The position numbers and the translations under genes were made by a program. From Candidatus Uhrbacteria bacterium (GTDB lineage: Bacteria; Patescibacteriota; Patescibacteriia; GWA2-47-26): a DNA stretch of 64,000 nt. The first letter of the stretch is position 1. The number at the start of each line of letters is the position of its first letter. The notes under the pieces were generated by a model that was given only the letters and a program-made list of their open reading frames with translations, was not told the DNA's origin and made no database searches. Shown here piece by piece: positions 35,969-44,211 of this stretch. The stretch spans positions 4,525 through 68,524 of the forward strand of contig JACPJN010000008.1 of NCBI GenBank assembly GCA_016187515.1, read 5' to 3'.

Positions 35969-37426
35969 ATGTCACTAAAACAATTTACAACTGACTTTCG
36001 GGAATTAGCTCAAGATAGTTTTTTGAGAAGTGACGAGAAATACCATGTCTTTTTAAATTCATCAGACTGGAATTTATTCGGTAACAAAGACAAAGATTTG
36101 GTAGCACTGAGAGACATTTTGATTGATGACTACCAAAATTTTAAATATGACGAGGGCGAGGAGTACAAAGGAATCCCGACAGGACAAACATATTTGGACG
36201 AAGACGGTTATATCAAAAGTTTCGATTTAGTAACGGCCGAAGATCATCCTGGGAGGTTGAAATATAGAGTTTCAAATGACAATATTCTTATTTCAAGCTT
36301 GAGATTGGCAAAATCTCCCGCTTTGTATTTTGAAAAAGAATATTTGGCTGGTTATGTTTTTTCAAACGGCTTTTATATCTATAAAGTCAAAGAGGGATGG
36401 AACAAGAAATTTCTTTTGTATATTTTACGGACAAAACGATTAAAAAGTATTTTGGATAATAACATCTATAGGGGCATTGGAATTTCTGCATACAAAGATG
36501 ATGATTTAAAGAAAATAAAAATTCCTCTAGTTTCAAAATCTACCCAAGACAAAATCGTTGCACGAATTGAGCCAATTGAGAAGAGGATTAAAGAGCTCAA
36601 AAATCAGATCACGCCGCCGCAGGAGGTTATCAATGAAGTTTTTGCACGAGAGTTTAAGTTTGATTTAAAGAAGTTTGAGGAACTAAAGAATATCAAGAAT
36701 TATTATCTTGAGCTGTCTAAATTTGCGGACAATAGAGATATTCGGCAAAGCGTTAAATTTCACAGAGAAGCAGGGGCATTTGTGATAGATCAGTCGAAAA
36801 AAGTTACCAACAAAAAAATAAAGCATTTTTTGGCGGAGCCGATCGTGCTTGGTAAAGGCGTTTCGCCTTCAAATTATGACGAGAATGGTGACTACTTCTA
36901 TGTTTCAATGGCGAATATCAAAAACTGGAAATTCGAAAGCGAAGATTCAAAATTAGTTTCAAACGAATATTCAAAAAAAAATCAGAACAAAACAGTTGCA
37001 AAAAACGATATTTTAATCGCCCGTTCCGGCGAGGGAACTATAGGGAAAGTCGCGCTAATTGACGATGAAGATTTGAAGGGAATTTTTGCCGATTTTACAA
37101 TGCGAGTTAGATTGCAAAATTATGCCCCTTTGTTTGCTTATTATTATTTTAGAACTGAATATTTCCAGTATTTAGTCGAGGTGAATAAAAAAGGACTTGG
37201 AAACAATACCAACATTTTCCCGAGCCAGATTCAGGAATTTCCGATGATTGATGTTTCTCTCAAAAACCAGCAAAAAATTGTGGCCGAAATCAAGACGGAG
37301 CTGGACGCGCAGGAAGAAATGAACCGAAAAATTGAAACCGAGCGAAATAAAATAGATGAAATCATAGAAAAGCTGATCCAGCATGCGAGATATCAACCCA
37401 CACCAGAACGGTTTTACAGCCCTTGA
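35969..37426 (+). CDS. hsdS: restriction system specificity (S) subunit with two target-recognition domains
   Basis: Two variable regions separated and followed by conserved coiled-coil repeats (IKELKNQI.., IVAEIKTELDAQEEMNRKIETERNKIDEIIEKLI) typical of HsdS. Confidence 0.7.
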   Translation: MSLKQFTTDFRELAQDSFLRSDEKYHVFLNSSDWNLFGNKDKDLVALRDILIDDYQNFKYDEGEEYKGIPTGQTYLDEDGYIKSFDLVTAEDHPGRLKYRVSNDNILISSLRLAKSPALYFEKEYLAGYVFSNGFYIYKVKEGWNKKFLLYILRTKRLKSILDNNIYRGIGISAYKDDDLKKIKIPLVSKSTQDKIVARIEPIEKRIKELKNQITPPQEVINEVFAREFKFDLKKFEELKNIKNYYLELSKFADNRDIRQSVKFHREAGAFVIDQSKKVTNKKIKHFLAEPIVLGKGVSPSNYDENGDYFYVSMANIKNWKFESEDSKLVSNEYSKKNQNKTVAKNDILIARSGEGTIGKVALIDDEDLKGIFADFTMRVRLQNYAPLFAYYYFRTEYFQYLVEVNKKGLGNNTNIFPSQIQEFPMIDVSLKNQQKIVAEIKTELDAQEEMNRKIETERNKIDEIIEKLIQHARYQPTPERFYSP

Positions 37427-37465
37427 CTTTGTGTAGTTAATCAGTATAATGATTAGACAATTGCT

Positions 37466-38359
37466 ATGTCAGATCCATTTACAATTCGTATATTTGTTCC
37501 GGAGGGCGATCCGGAAGGGATTCGTATTATTGATCGCCTTAATTCGACAGGTACTTTTTTTGCATTTCCAAGAGCAAAATGGGCGCAAATGCGCAATCAT
37601 GAAAAACTTAATCAAGCCGGAATTTATATTTTAAACGGTTATGCAAATCCGGACGATGAATTGCCGACTATTTATGTTGGTCAAGCAGATGTAGTTAAGA
37701 ATAGAATTGAGCAGCATACGCGGAATAAAGATTTTTGGGACAAAGGAGTGGTGTTTGTTTCTTCAAACATGAATGTGACATACGCAAAGTGGCTTGAGTA
37801 TGCCCTAGTTAAGCAAGCATCGGAGGCTGGACGGAGTATACTTGAAAATGGTAATAATCCGCAGGAGCCCAACATTTCTGAATCGGAAAAAGCGGACATG
37901 CAAGTTTTTCTAAAGGAAATCTATCAGACATTACCGCTCGTTGGTCTGAGTGCATTTGAGATACCTAAGACAGTTGCGAAGCCGGAGACAGTGCGCCAAG
38001 AACATGCCAGCGATAGAGATACGATTGTGGTTCCGGCTCAAGAGGATGGATTTAAGCGGGTATTCCTCGGAGAAAATGCGTGGTGGTCTGTTCGCATATC
38101 CGGCGGCATGCTTGATAAGATTCGATATATCGCAGCATATCAAGTCGCACCAATAAAAGCCATTACACATATTGCTCAAGTGAATCGTATTGAACCGTAT
38201 GGTGAAGAGGGAAAATACAAATTAATCTTTACAGAGCCCGCAAGGCGTTTGGATAATCCAATTCCATTTGGCAATGCGCCACAGGGGATGATGCAAGGTC
38301 CAAAATACACGAATTTTGAAAAATTGAAGAAGGCAAAACAATTAACGGATCTTTTTTAA
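37466..38359 (+). CDS. GIY-YIG nuclease-family protein with an uncharacterised C-terminal domain
   Basis: GIYILNG..TIYVGQA..VKNRIEQH matches the GIY / YIG / catalytic Arg-Glu pattern. Co-oriented 39 nt after the S subunit gene. Confidence 0.55.
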   Translation: MSDPFTIRIFVPEGDPEGIRIIDRLNSTGTFFAFPRAKWAQMRNHEKLNQAGIYILNGYANPDDELPTIYVGQADVVKNRIEQHTRNKDFWDKGVVFVSSNMNVTYAKWLEYALVKQASEAGRSILENGNNPQEPNISESEKADMQVFLKEIYQTLPLVGLSAFEIPKTVAKPETVRQEHASDRDTIVVPAQEDGFKRVFLGENAWWSVRISGGMLDKIRYIAAYQVAPIKAITHIAQVNRIEPYGEEGKYKLIFTEPARRLDNPIPFGNAPQGMMQGPKYTNFEKLKKAKQLTDLF

Positions 38360-38385
38360 GTGTGTAGTGAATTTAACCCCGCACA

Positions 38386-38557
38386 CTCATCCTTACAAAC
38401 TCCAGTATTTAAGGATGAAAGTGGTCATACAGATTTTTGCACTGGATAGAGGGCCTTGCGCCGGATTCCGTGGCCTGCCCCCACACCAATTTTAGAAATA
38501 TTGGTGTGGGGGCAGGCCGCGAGGCATTTGTGCTTATATATTTTTTCCGTGGATGAT
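38386..38557 (+). repeat. R2 element copy 1 (~170 nt: CCTTAAAT..ATTTAAGG hairpin, then a 20-bp perfect stem GCCTGCCCCCACACCAAT-TTTAGAAAT-ATTGGTGTGGGGGCAGGC, then a T-run)
   Basis: Direct repeat of 39769-39939 (~90% identical). A partial third copy of its first arm at 38703-38740, followed by a partial S element at 38744-38790. Confidence 0.6.
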
Positions 38558-38915
38558 CATGTGAAATCTCTCCCACCCCCTCTAACTCCCCCTCGGGCAG
38601 GGGGAGAAATTTTATTGGGCAGGAGGGGAAAGTGATAACCGAATACTCGCCAAAAGATTTTAAAAATTTTTAATCCCACACCCCAAACTCCCAACCCCAA
38701 ACCATCCTTAAATTCTCAAGTATTTAAGGATAAAAAATCTCCATTCTGCGATTCCCTCCTACGGCGGACAGGCGCGCGAATCGCAGAATGCCGCAGTGGA
38801 CAGGCACACGTTAAGCGGGGTAGGCAGGAATCCAAAACGCGTCACCATTGGCGCGTTTGTGCATATACTTGACATTTTCCTTCATTTATGAAACAATGTC
38901 TTCAGGAGGAAAACA

Positions 38916-39623
38916 ATGGAAAATCGTTCATTTTCATTTGATACATACCAGGCCACACATCCAAAGACCGATGCGGTGTGGAAAGCACTTTGCGCCGGCC
39001 CGCTTCGTGCGGCAATTCAAGCCACGTTGAAGCTGTTCGTCGAAGATGCTTGTCGGTTTTTTGTCATCCATGCGGGGCAAGTACAGACCCTATCGCATGA
39101 TCAGCGCATTGAATTGTACTACCTTCATTACATTAGCCCTTTGTGTTCGCCGGGAAGCCTTCCAGATACCAAACCCCGCGAGGTATTCTCACGGGTACTC
39201 ATTGCCGCGATTACTGAATTCGTGGATTTGGAATCCGGACGTACATTCCCCGGCGCCAAGAGTCGCAAAGTTACCTTAGGCGAAGTCCATGAAACAAGTT
39301 TCGGGGGTGATGCCTCGGGTGAGAATGGTATAAGGATTGTGGATGCGGAAATTGAATTACTGCGGCATGTGTGGGATGAACTCTGCCAGCTAAAGGAGGT
39401 ATCGGATCTTGAGGATCGGACCGCAGGGGCGCCGGTTCTGAATTTTCCGTCGTCGTTGGATAGCGAATTCTGCGCGGAGGAGTTTTCCAGCGTGTGTATG
39501 GGTTCGTTCCTGCGTGTCCTTGTGGACAATATTCTCCACCTGTATGATTATTTCGGTGATCCGCAGTACGTGCGAGAAATGGCGGAGCAAGCGGCGCGCG
39601 AGGAAGCCAGATCTGGTAACTAG
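38916..39623 (+). CDS. hypothetical protein (235 aa), GC-rich, flanked by R2 direct repeats
   Basis: Strong RBS GGAGGAAAACA before the ATG. No recognisable motif. Confidence 0.4.
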   Translation: MENRSFSFDTYQATHPKTDAVWKALCAGPLRAAIQATLKLFVEDACRFFVIHAGQVQTLSHDQRIELYYLHYISPLCSPGSLPDTKPREVFSRVLIAAITEFVDLESGRTFPGAKSRKVTLGEVHETSFGGDASGENGIRIVDAEIELLRHVWDELCQLKEVSDLEDRTAGAPVLNFPSSLDSEFCAEEFSSVCMGSFLRVLVDNILHLYDYFGDPQYVREMAEQAAREEARSGN

Positions 39624-39768
39624 CCTATAAGGAGGGGTGCTCGACATTGCGCCGCACGACCCGGCATTTTGCCGTGGTCTTTTTTTGTAAAATGACCCAG
39701 AATTTCTTGACACCACCCCTCGCCGGGCGGGGGAGTGGGCGGATGTTCCACCCCCCCCCCAACACCAA

Positions 39769-39939
39769 CTCATCCTTAAATTCTCAAGTATTTAAGGATG
39801 AAAGTGGTCATCAGATTTTTACATTGTATAGACGGCCTTGCGCCGGATTCCGTGGCAAGCCCCCACACCAATTTTAGAAATATTGGTGTGGGGACAGGCC
39901 GCGAGGCAGTTGTGCCTATACATTTTTTCCGTGGATGAT
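39769..39939 (+). repeat. R2 element copy 2, preceded by a C10 homopolymer (39751-39760)
   Basis: Aligns with 38386-38557. Confidence 0.6.
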
Positions 39940-40016
39940 TAGGATGGCATATAGTCCCGCGTACGACACTTTGTCTCGCGCGCTTGTTGGTATTTGATGG
40001 CGATGGTATACTATAG

Positions 40017-40529
40017 GTGTATATGGTAAAAAATCCCAAAATTAACGAGAAAAAGTACCGCAATGCCGTGCTTTTTTTCGCGAATAAGATTCGCAATGGT
40101 ACACTGGGCAAACTGAAGCTGATGAAGCTTTTGTATTATCTTGATTTTGATTTTTTTGAGAAGTATGGCCGGTCGGTGACTGGAGACGAATATTTGCGTT
40201 TTGAAAATGGGCCGGTACCACGGATGGCCGAGAAGACATTAAAGCGGATGCGGGGCAAGGAAATAAAAATTGTGAACCGCAAGATGCAAAAAGGATATAA
40301 TGATCAGCAGCACATTGAGCCGCTTATCACATTTGATCCAAGTTCTTTTTCACGAGAAGAAATTTTGATGATGGAAGAAATTGCTGATAAGTGGGAGAGG
40401 TTTACCGGAACGGAAATGAAAAGTGCGAGTCATGGTGAAGCGCCATGGATCGCCACAAAGCCGAACGATGTTATTGACTATAATCTTTCGTATTACCGCA
40501 ATAAATATGCCGAGATGGAACGGCTTTAG
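40017..40529 (+). CDS. Panacea-domain (DUF4065, SocA/PanA-like) putative antitoxin
   Basis: KLKLMKLLYYLDFDFFEKYGRSVTGDEYLRFENGPVPRM matches the DUF4065 core (KLQKLLYF....G.pl..d.f.aw.GPV). Confidence 0.6.
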   Translation: MYMVKNPKINEKKYRNAVLFFANKIRNGTLGKLKLMKLLYYLDFDFFEKYGRSVTGDEYLRFENGPVPRMAEKTLKRMRGKEIKIVNRKMQKGYNDQQHIEPLITFDPSSFSREEILMMEEIADKWERFTGTEMKSASHGEAPWIATKPNDVIDYNLSYYRNKYAEMERL

Positions 40530-40535
40530 TGTGGT

Positions 40536-40871
40536 ATGGAAATTTCTCGGCACGATGCTATTGAAAAAGATTTTCGTGCGTTAAGACGTTCTGCCGCGCC
40601 GCAAGAATCGCTTGAGGCATGGGAACGCCTTTTTTGTTTAAAGGGGTTACGGGAAACGCCGGCAATTGACGCGTTCCCCGGGTTTGGCGGGCGGAAAATT
40701 TTCAAAGGGCGAGTGGTGCCGCTTAAAGAAAATGTGGGCAAGTCAAAAGGGTATAGGGTTATTTTTGAGATGGTTCATGAAAGTCATTGTATCATTTTGG
40801 TTTTTTCGCGACATGGCGTGTACCATACTGAAACGGAGCTAGTTGCGCTAATTAAAGAACGCCTTCATTAA
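40536..40871 (+). CDS. putative RelE/ParE-fold toxin partner of the Panacea antitoxin
   Basis: C-terminal KSKGYRVIFEMVHESHCIILVFSRHGVYH resembles the RelE/ParE/HigB C-terminal strand motif. 7-nt intergenic gap. Confidence 0.45.
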   Translation: MEISRHDAIEKDFRALRRSAAPQESLEAWERLFCLKGLRETPAIDAFPGFGGRKIFKGRVVPLKENVGKSKGYRVIFEMVHESHCIILVFSRHGVYHTETELVALIKERLH

Positions 40872-41009
40872 AAGGGCGCTTGGGAGTGTTTACGGGAACT
40901 TGGTCAACGGGCAGGGGGAGAAATTTTAATGGGCAGGCGCTAGCCATCCTTCGACCGACGGTTGCTGTGGATAAGCAGATGTTGTACAATGCCACAATAA
41001 AAAATAAAT

Positions 41010-41201
41010 GTGGATAGCTTTAATATGCACGATCTTTCCTGCGCGACCTGCGGCTCGCTTGCCGAGGGGTTTAAGTGCGCCGCGTGCGGAATTGAACAGG
41101 ACGAGTTTGAGGCCGGGCATTTGTGCGGCGACGAGCACCTGATGCCGAAATGCTCGATCTGCAGCGAGGCCGAAACCGAATGCAATTGCGATAGTTTATA
41201 G
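41010..41201 (+). CDS. small Cys-rich protein (63 aa, 9 Cys: CxxC, CxxC, CxxC, CNC) - zinc-ribbon-like
   Basis: Cys spacing read directly from the translation. Followed by a strong terminator. Confidence 0.4.
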   Translation: MDSFNMHDLSCATCGSLAEGFKCAACGIEQDEFEAGHLCGDEHLMPKCSICSEAETECNCDSL

Positions 41202-41206
41202 GGCAT

Positions 41207-41243
41207 AAAAACATATCCCCCTTATCGGGGGATATGTGTTTTT
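41207..41243 (+). terminator. rho-independent terminator (ACATATCCCCC-TTAT-CGGGGGATATGT + TTTTTAA)
   Basis: Perfect 11-bp stem plus T-run. Confidence 0.7.
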
Positions 41244-41268
41244 AATTTGTATGCTATAATACGCATAT

Positions 41269-41841
41269 ATGGGTATGGGATCCAAACTCTACGCTATCCA
41301 GAGTATCGCTCTGGCGGTGGGTATCATTATTGTTTTTAATCTTTTTGTTAATTTTGGCGTTCGGACGTTTTACGCGCCCCTGAAATACGAGCAATTTTGC
41401 GAGGAAGGGAAGGCCGCTCGGGCCTACTCCGAGCGTCAGTCCTGCGAGGGGGTGGGTGGATTTTGGTATGAGCCCGGCGCCAATCCCCATGGCAGTCCGT
41501 ATCCGGCCCGTCCGGTCGCGGTCGGCGAGAAGTATGAGCCGCAAGGATGGTGCGATCCGAATTATCAGTGCAATAAAAATTTCCAGAACTCGAGCGAGTT
41601 ATATAATCGCAATGTTTTTATTGTCCTGATCATTGCCGGGGTCTCAGCGCTGGCAATCGGACTTTTTATTAAGGCCGCGACCGCGGTGGCCACCGGATTT
41701 ATTTTTGGCGGGGTAGTATCGCTTATTGTCGGCACGATTCGCTATTGGTCGGACATGCAGGAGTACTTGCGGTTTATTATTCTGGGAATCGCGCTGGTAA
41801 TTCTCATCCTGGTTGGATGTCGGCGCCTTAAATCCGCGTAG
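41269..41841 (+). CDS. hypothetical membrane protein (3 TM helices, Cys/Pro-rich periplasmic loop)
   Basis: Hydrophobicity pattern only. Confidence 0.35.
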   Translation: MGMGSKLYAIQSIALAVGIIIVFNLFVNFGVRTFYAPLKYEQFCEEGKAARAYSERQSCEGVGGFWYEPGANPHGSPYPARPVAVGEKYEPQGWCDPNYQCNKNFQNSSELYNRNVFIVLIIAGVSALAIGLFIKAATAVATGFIFGGVVSLIVGTIRYWSDMQEYLRFIILGIALVILILVGCRRLKSA

Positions 41842-42020
41842 GATTTATATGTCATCGCCGAAGTCCGTACCGCTAAGGGCGGAACGCCGCGAGCGAAAGA
41901 AAAAAATCAAAATGGTGATCCACGGCAAGGGAGTAAAAACGCAGCCGTCTTACGGAATTCCCCGCTGCGCGCGGCGCGTAAAGCGGAGTCGGATCTTAGC
42001 CGGGCCTTCTCGCTCGGTTT

Positions 42021-42063
42021 AGACGGACGTGTAATGCTTTTGGAGCTGGCACGTCCACTTTTT
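42021..42063 (+). terminator. putative terminator / attenuator immediately upstream of the ECF sigma gene (GGACGTG..CACGTCC + ACTTTTTT)
   Basis: 7-bp stem with a long loop followed by a T-run that ends at the sigma ATG. Confidence 0.35.
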
Positions 42064-42064
42064 T

Positions 42065-42604
42065 ATGGAGGGCAAGCCGATAATCTACGCCTCCGATATA
42101 CTTGATCTTGACGTGTTTGAGCGGCTTTATCGCGAATACGGGCAGCGCCTCTACCGGTTTATCTGGCTGCGAGTCGGACAGCGCGAGGACGCGGAAGATA
42201 TTCTCGCCACGGTATTTGTCCGGCTTTGGGAATTTTCGGAAAAATATCCCCAGACCCCCATTCGCTCGGTAAATGCCCTGCTTTATCGAATTGCGCGCAA
42301 TGCCGTGATTGACGCGCGGCGCAAGCGCAAAATCCCGCTGCTGTCCATGGAAGAGTTGAGCGCCCAAGGAATGGAATTTGAGGACGCTGCCCAACCCGAT
42401 CCGCGCGTCAGTTCGGAAATATCCTTGGTGCGGGAGGTGATGCGTTCACTTCAAAGCGCGGAATATGAAATTATCGAGCTGCGTTTTGTGGAGGGCTTCA
42501 AAGTCGCGGATATCGCCGCGCTTTACGGGATTTCCGAAAACAGCGCGGCCGTGCGCATTCATCGCGCCATGAAAGGTCTAAAGAAATTGATGAAAACCGG
42601 TTAG
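42065..42604 (+). CDS. ECF-type sigma-70 family sigma factor
   Basis: Region 2 (YRFIWLRVGQREDAEDILATVFVRLWE) and region 4 HTH (KVADIAALYGISENSAAVRIHRAMKGL). Confidence 0.75.
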   Translation: MEGKPIIYASDILDLDVFERLYREYGQRLYRFIWLRVGQREDAEDILATVFVRLWEFSEKYPQTPIRSVNALLYRIARNAVIDARRKRKIPLLSMEELSAQGMEFEDAAQPDPRVSSEISLVREVMRSLQSAEYEIIELRFVEGFKVADIAALYGISENSAAVRIHRAMKGLKKLMKTG

Positions 42605-42614
42605 CTTACCTACT

Positions 42615-43586
42615 ATGAACGAAGATCGAATCCAGCATCTTTTATCGCGGCTTGGTCAGGCGCGCCTGGACCAAGATACATCCGGGCGCATTTTTGGAGC
42701 GATCCGCCGGCGCTTGACCGTAAGGGAAACTTCCCCGCGATGGCGCGCCTGCGATTTTATGCCCGCGCTTTGTATGTTGCGGCGTTTTTCCTGTGTGGGA
42801 ATTATACTGGTCGCGATTATCATTGCCGCGGGAGGCGGAACAATTGCCGCGGCGCAAGTCGCCATGCCCGGCCATCCTTTTTATGGACTTAAACTCGTAA
42901 GCGAGCGGGTTTTCGAGCAGTTGACCCCGGGCGGTGAAGCGCGCCTGAATCTGTATAATGATCTGGTCGCGCGCCGCGCGCAAGAGCTGGCTAGCTTAAA
43001 AGTTCAAGCGCTTATTCCGCGCGATGGTCAGACGGCTTTATTGCGCCAGGGCGTTAAAAAAACCGCCGCGCGGCTGACCCAAAATATCGCGAATCTAAGG
43101 CAGGATGTGAATAAAATTTCCGCGAGCCCAGCCGCGAAAAAGTCATTCCCGACCCTGCAAACCCTAAATACCCGCGTGGAGGTTTTGGAAACCGTGCTTA
43201 ATGATCTTCAGGATACCGTGCCGCAAGATAGCCAGGCGGCGCAAACGGTGACCCAAGCGCAGCAGGCGGTTGAGGATTTGCAGGTGACGGTCAAGACCAT
43301 CGTGGCTCCTTCTTCCCGGGCAGAGGCCGGCGCGGCCTTGGAGGAGGCCCAAGCCGTGCTGGCCGAGATCCGGCGGGCGGAAGATCATCTTTCCAGCATG
43401 GGAATTTCCTCCACAGTGGGCATTACCGAGGACCTAAGGACTATGAGCGCGATGCTGAAGGATACTGATTCGTTTTTAGCCCGTGAACAATACTCCGAGG
43501 CCTATATGCTGGCCAAGACCGCGACTCGGATGGGCGACAAGATCTTGCGCGCCCTTGGCGATCGCCTGATTAACCGAGTTAAGTGA
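42615..43586 (+). CDS. putative anti-sigma factor / membrane-anchored coiled-coil protein
   Basis: Single TM helix (GIILVAIIIAAGGGTIAAA) then a long helical extracytoplasmic region. Directly downstream of the ECF sigma gene. Confidence 0.35.
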   Translation: MNEDRIQHLLSRLGQARLDQDTSGRIFGAIRRRLTVRETSPRWRACDFMPALCMLRRFSCVGIILVAIIIAAGGGTIAAAQVAMPGHPFYGLKLVSERVFEQLTPGGEARLNLYNDLVARRAQELASLKVQALIPRDGQTALLRQGVKKTAARLTQNIANLRQDVNKISASPAAKKSFPTLQTLNTRVEVLETVLNDLQDTVPQDSQAAQTVTQAQQAVEDLQVTVKTIVAPSSRAEAGAALEEAQAVLAEIRRAEDHLSSMGISSTVGITEDLRTMSAMLKDTDSFLAREQYSEAYMLAKTATRMGDKILRALGDRLINRVK

Positions 43587-43641
43587 GCTTACGGCAGCCG
43601 GCGCATTTGTCGTCTTCCAGTATTTCGGGTATACTGGGGGC

Positions 43642-44208
43642 ATGAGATTTTTCAGGTTATTGCTTCCCAGCGTAGTCATTGTAATTGCCGCCTCCGGGGC
43701 TTACGCCGGAGCGCCGGATATTTTTATTATTTCTCCCGCGCCCGGCGAAGTGATTGTCGGCAGCCAGGCCGCGCTTAAAGTCGAACTTGCTCCGCGATTC
43801 ACGCTGACCGATCCGGAATTATATCCGCGCCACGCGGATGGACAAGGGCATCTGCATATTTGGCTGGACACGCTTCCCCGCCATGATGACGCGGTATCCA
43901 CGGTGCTTACCGATACTTCCGAGTATACTTTAAAGAATGTTGCGCCGGGCTTGCACACGATCTACGCTGAATTCTTTCGCAATGACCATGCCGCCTATGA
44001 ACCGCGCGTGATTGGGAGCGTTGAATTTGAAAACACGGCGGAGGTGATTTTTCCAGCCGGAGGCGTAGCCGCGCCCGGAGTCGGCGCGCCAGCGAGCAGC
44101 AGCGGAATTTTTCTGCCGGCCGGACGTTCCAACGCGATTTTGAGCATTGCGCTAATTCTGGCGGCCCTCGGCATACTCTGGTATCTATTGGGACGGAAGC
44201 GGAAGTAG
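43642..44208 (+). CDS. exported protein with signal peptide and C-terminal TM anchor
   Basis: N-terminal signal LLLPSVVIVIAASGAYA. C-terminal ILSIALILAALGILWYLLGRKRK. GHLHIWLD motif. Confidence 0.35.
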   Translation: MRFFRLLLPSVVIVIAASGAYAGAPDIFIISPAPGEVIVGSQAALKVELAPRFTLTDPELYPRHADGQGHLHIWLDTLPRHDDAVSTVLTDTSEYTLKNVAPGLHTIYAEFFRNDHAAYEPRVIGSVEFENTAEVIFPAGGVAAPGVGAPASSSGIFLPAGRSNAILSIALILAALGILWYLLGRKRK

Positions 44209-44211
44209 GAT

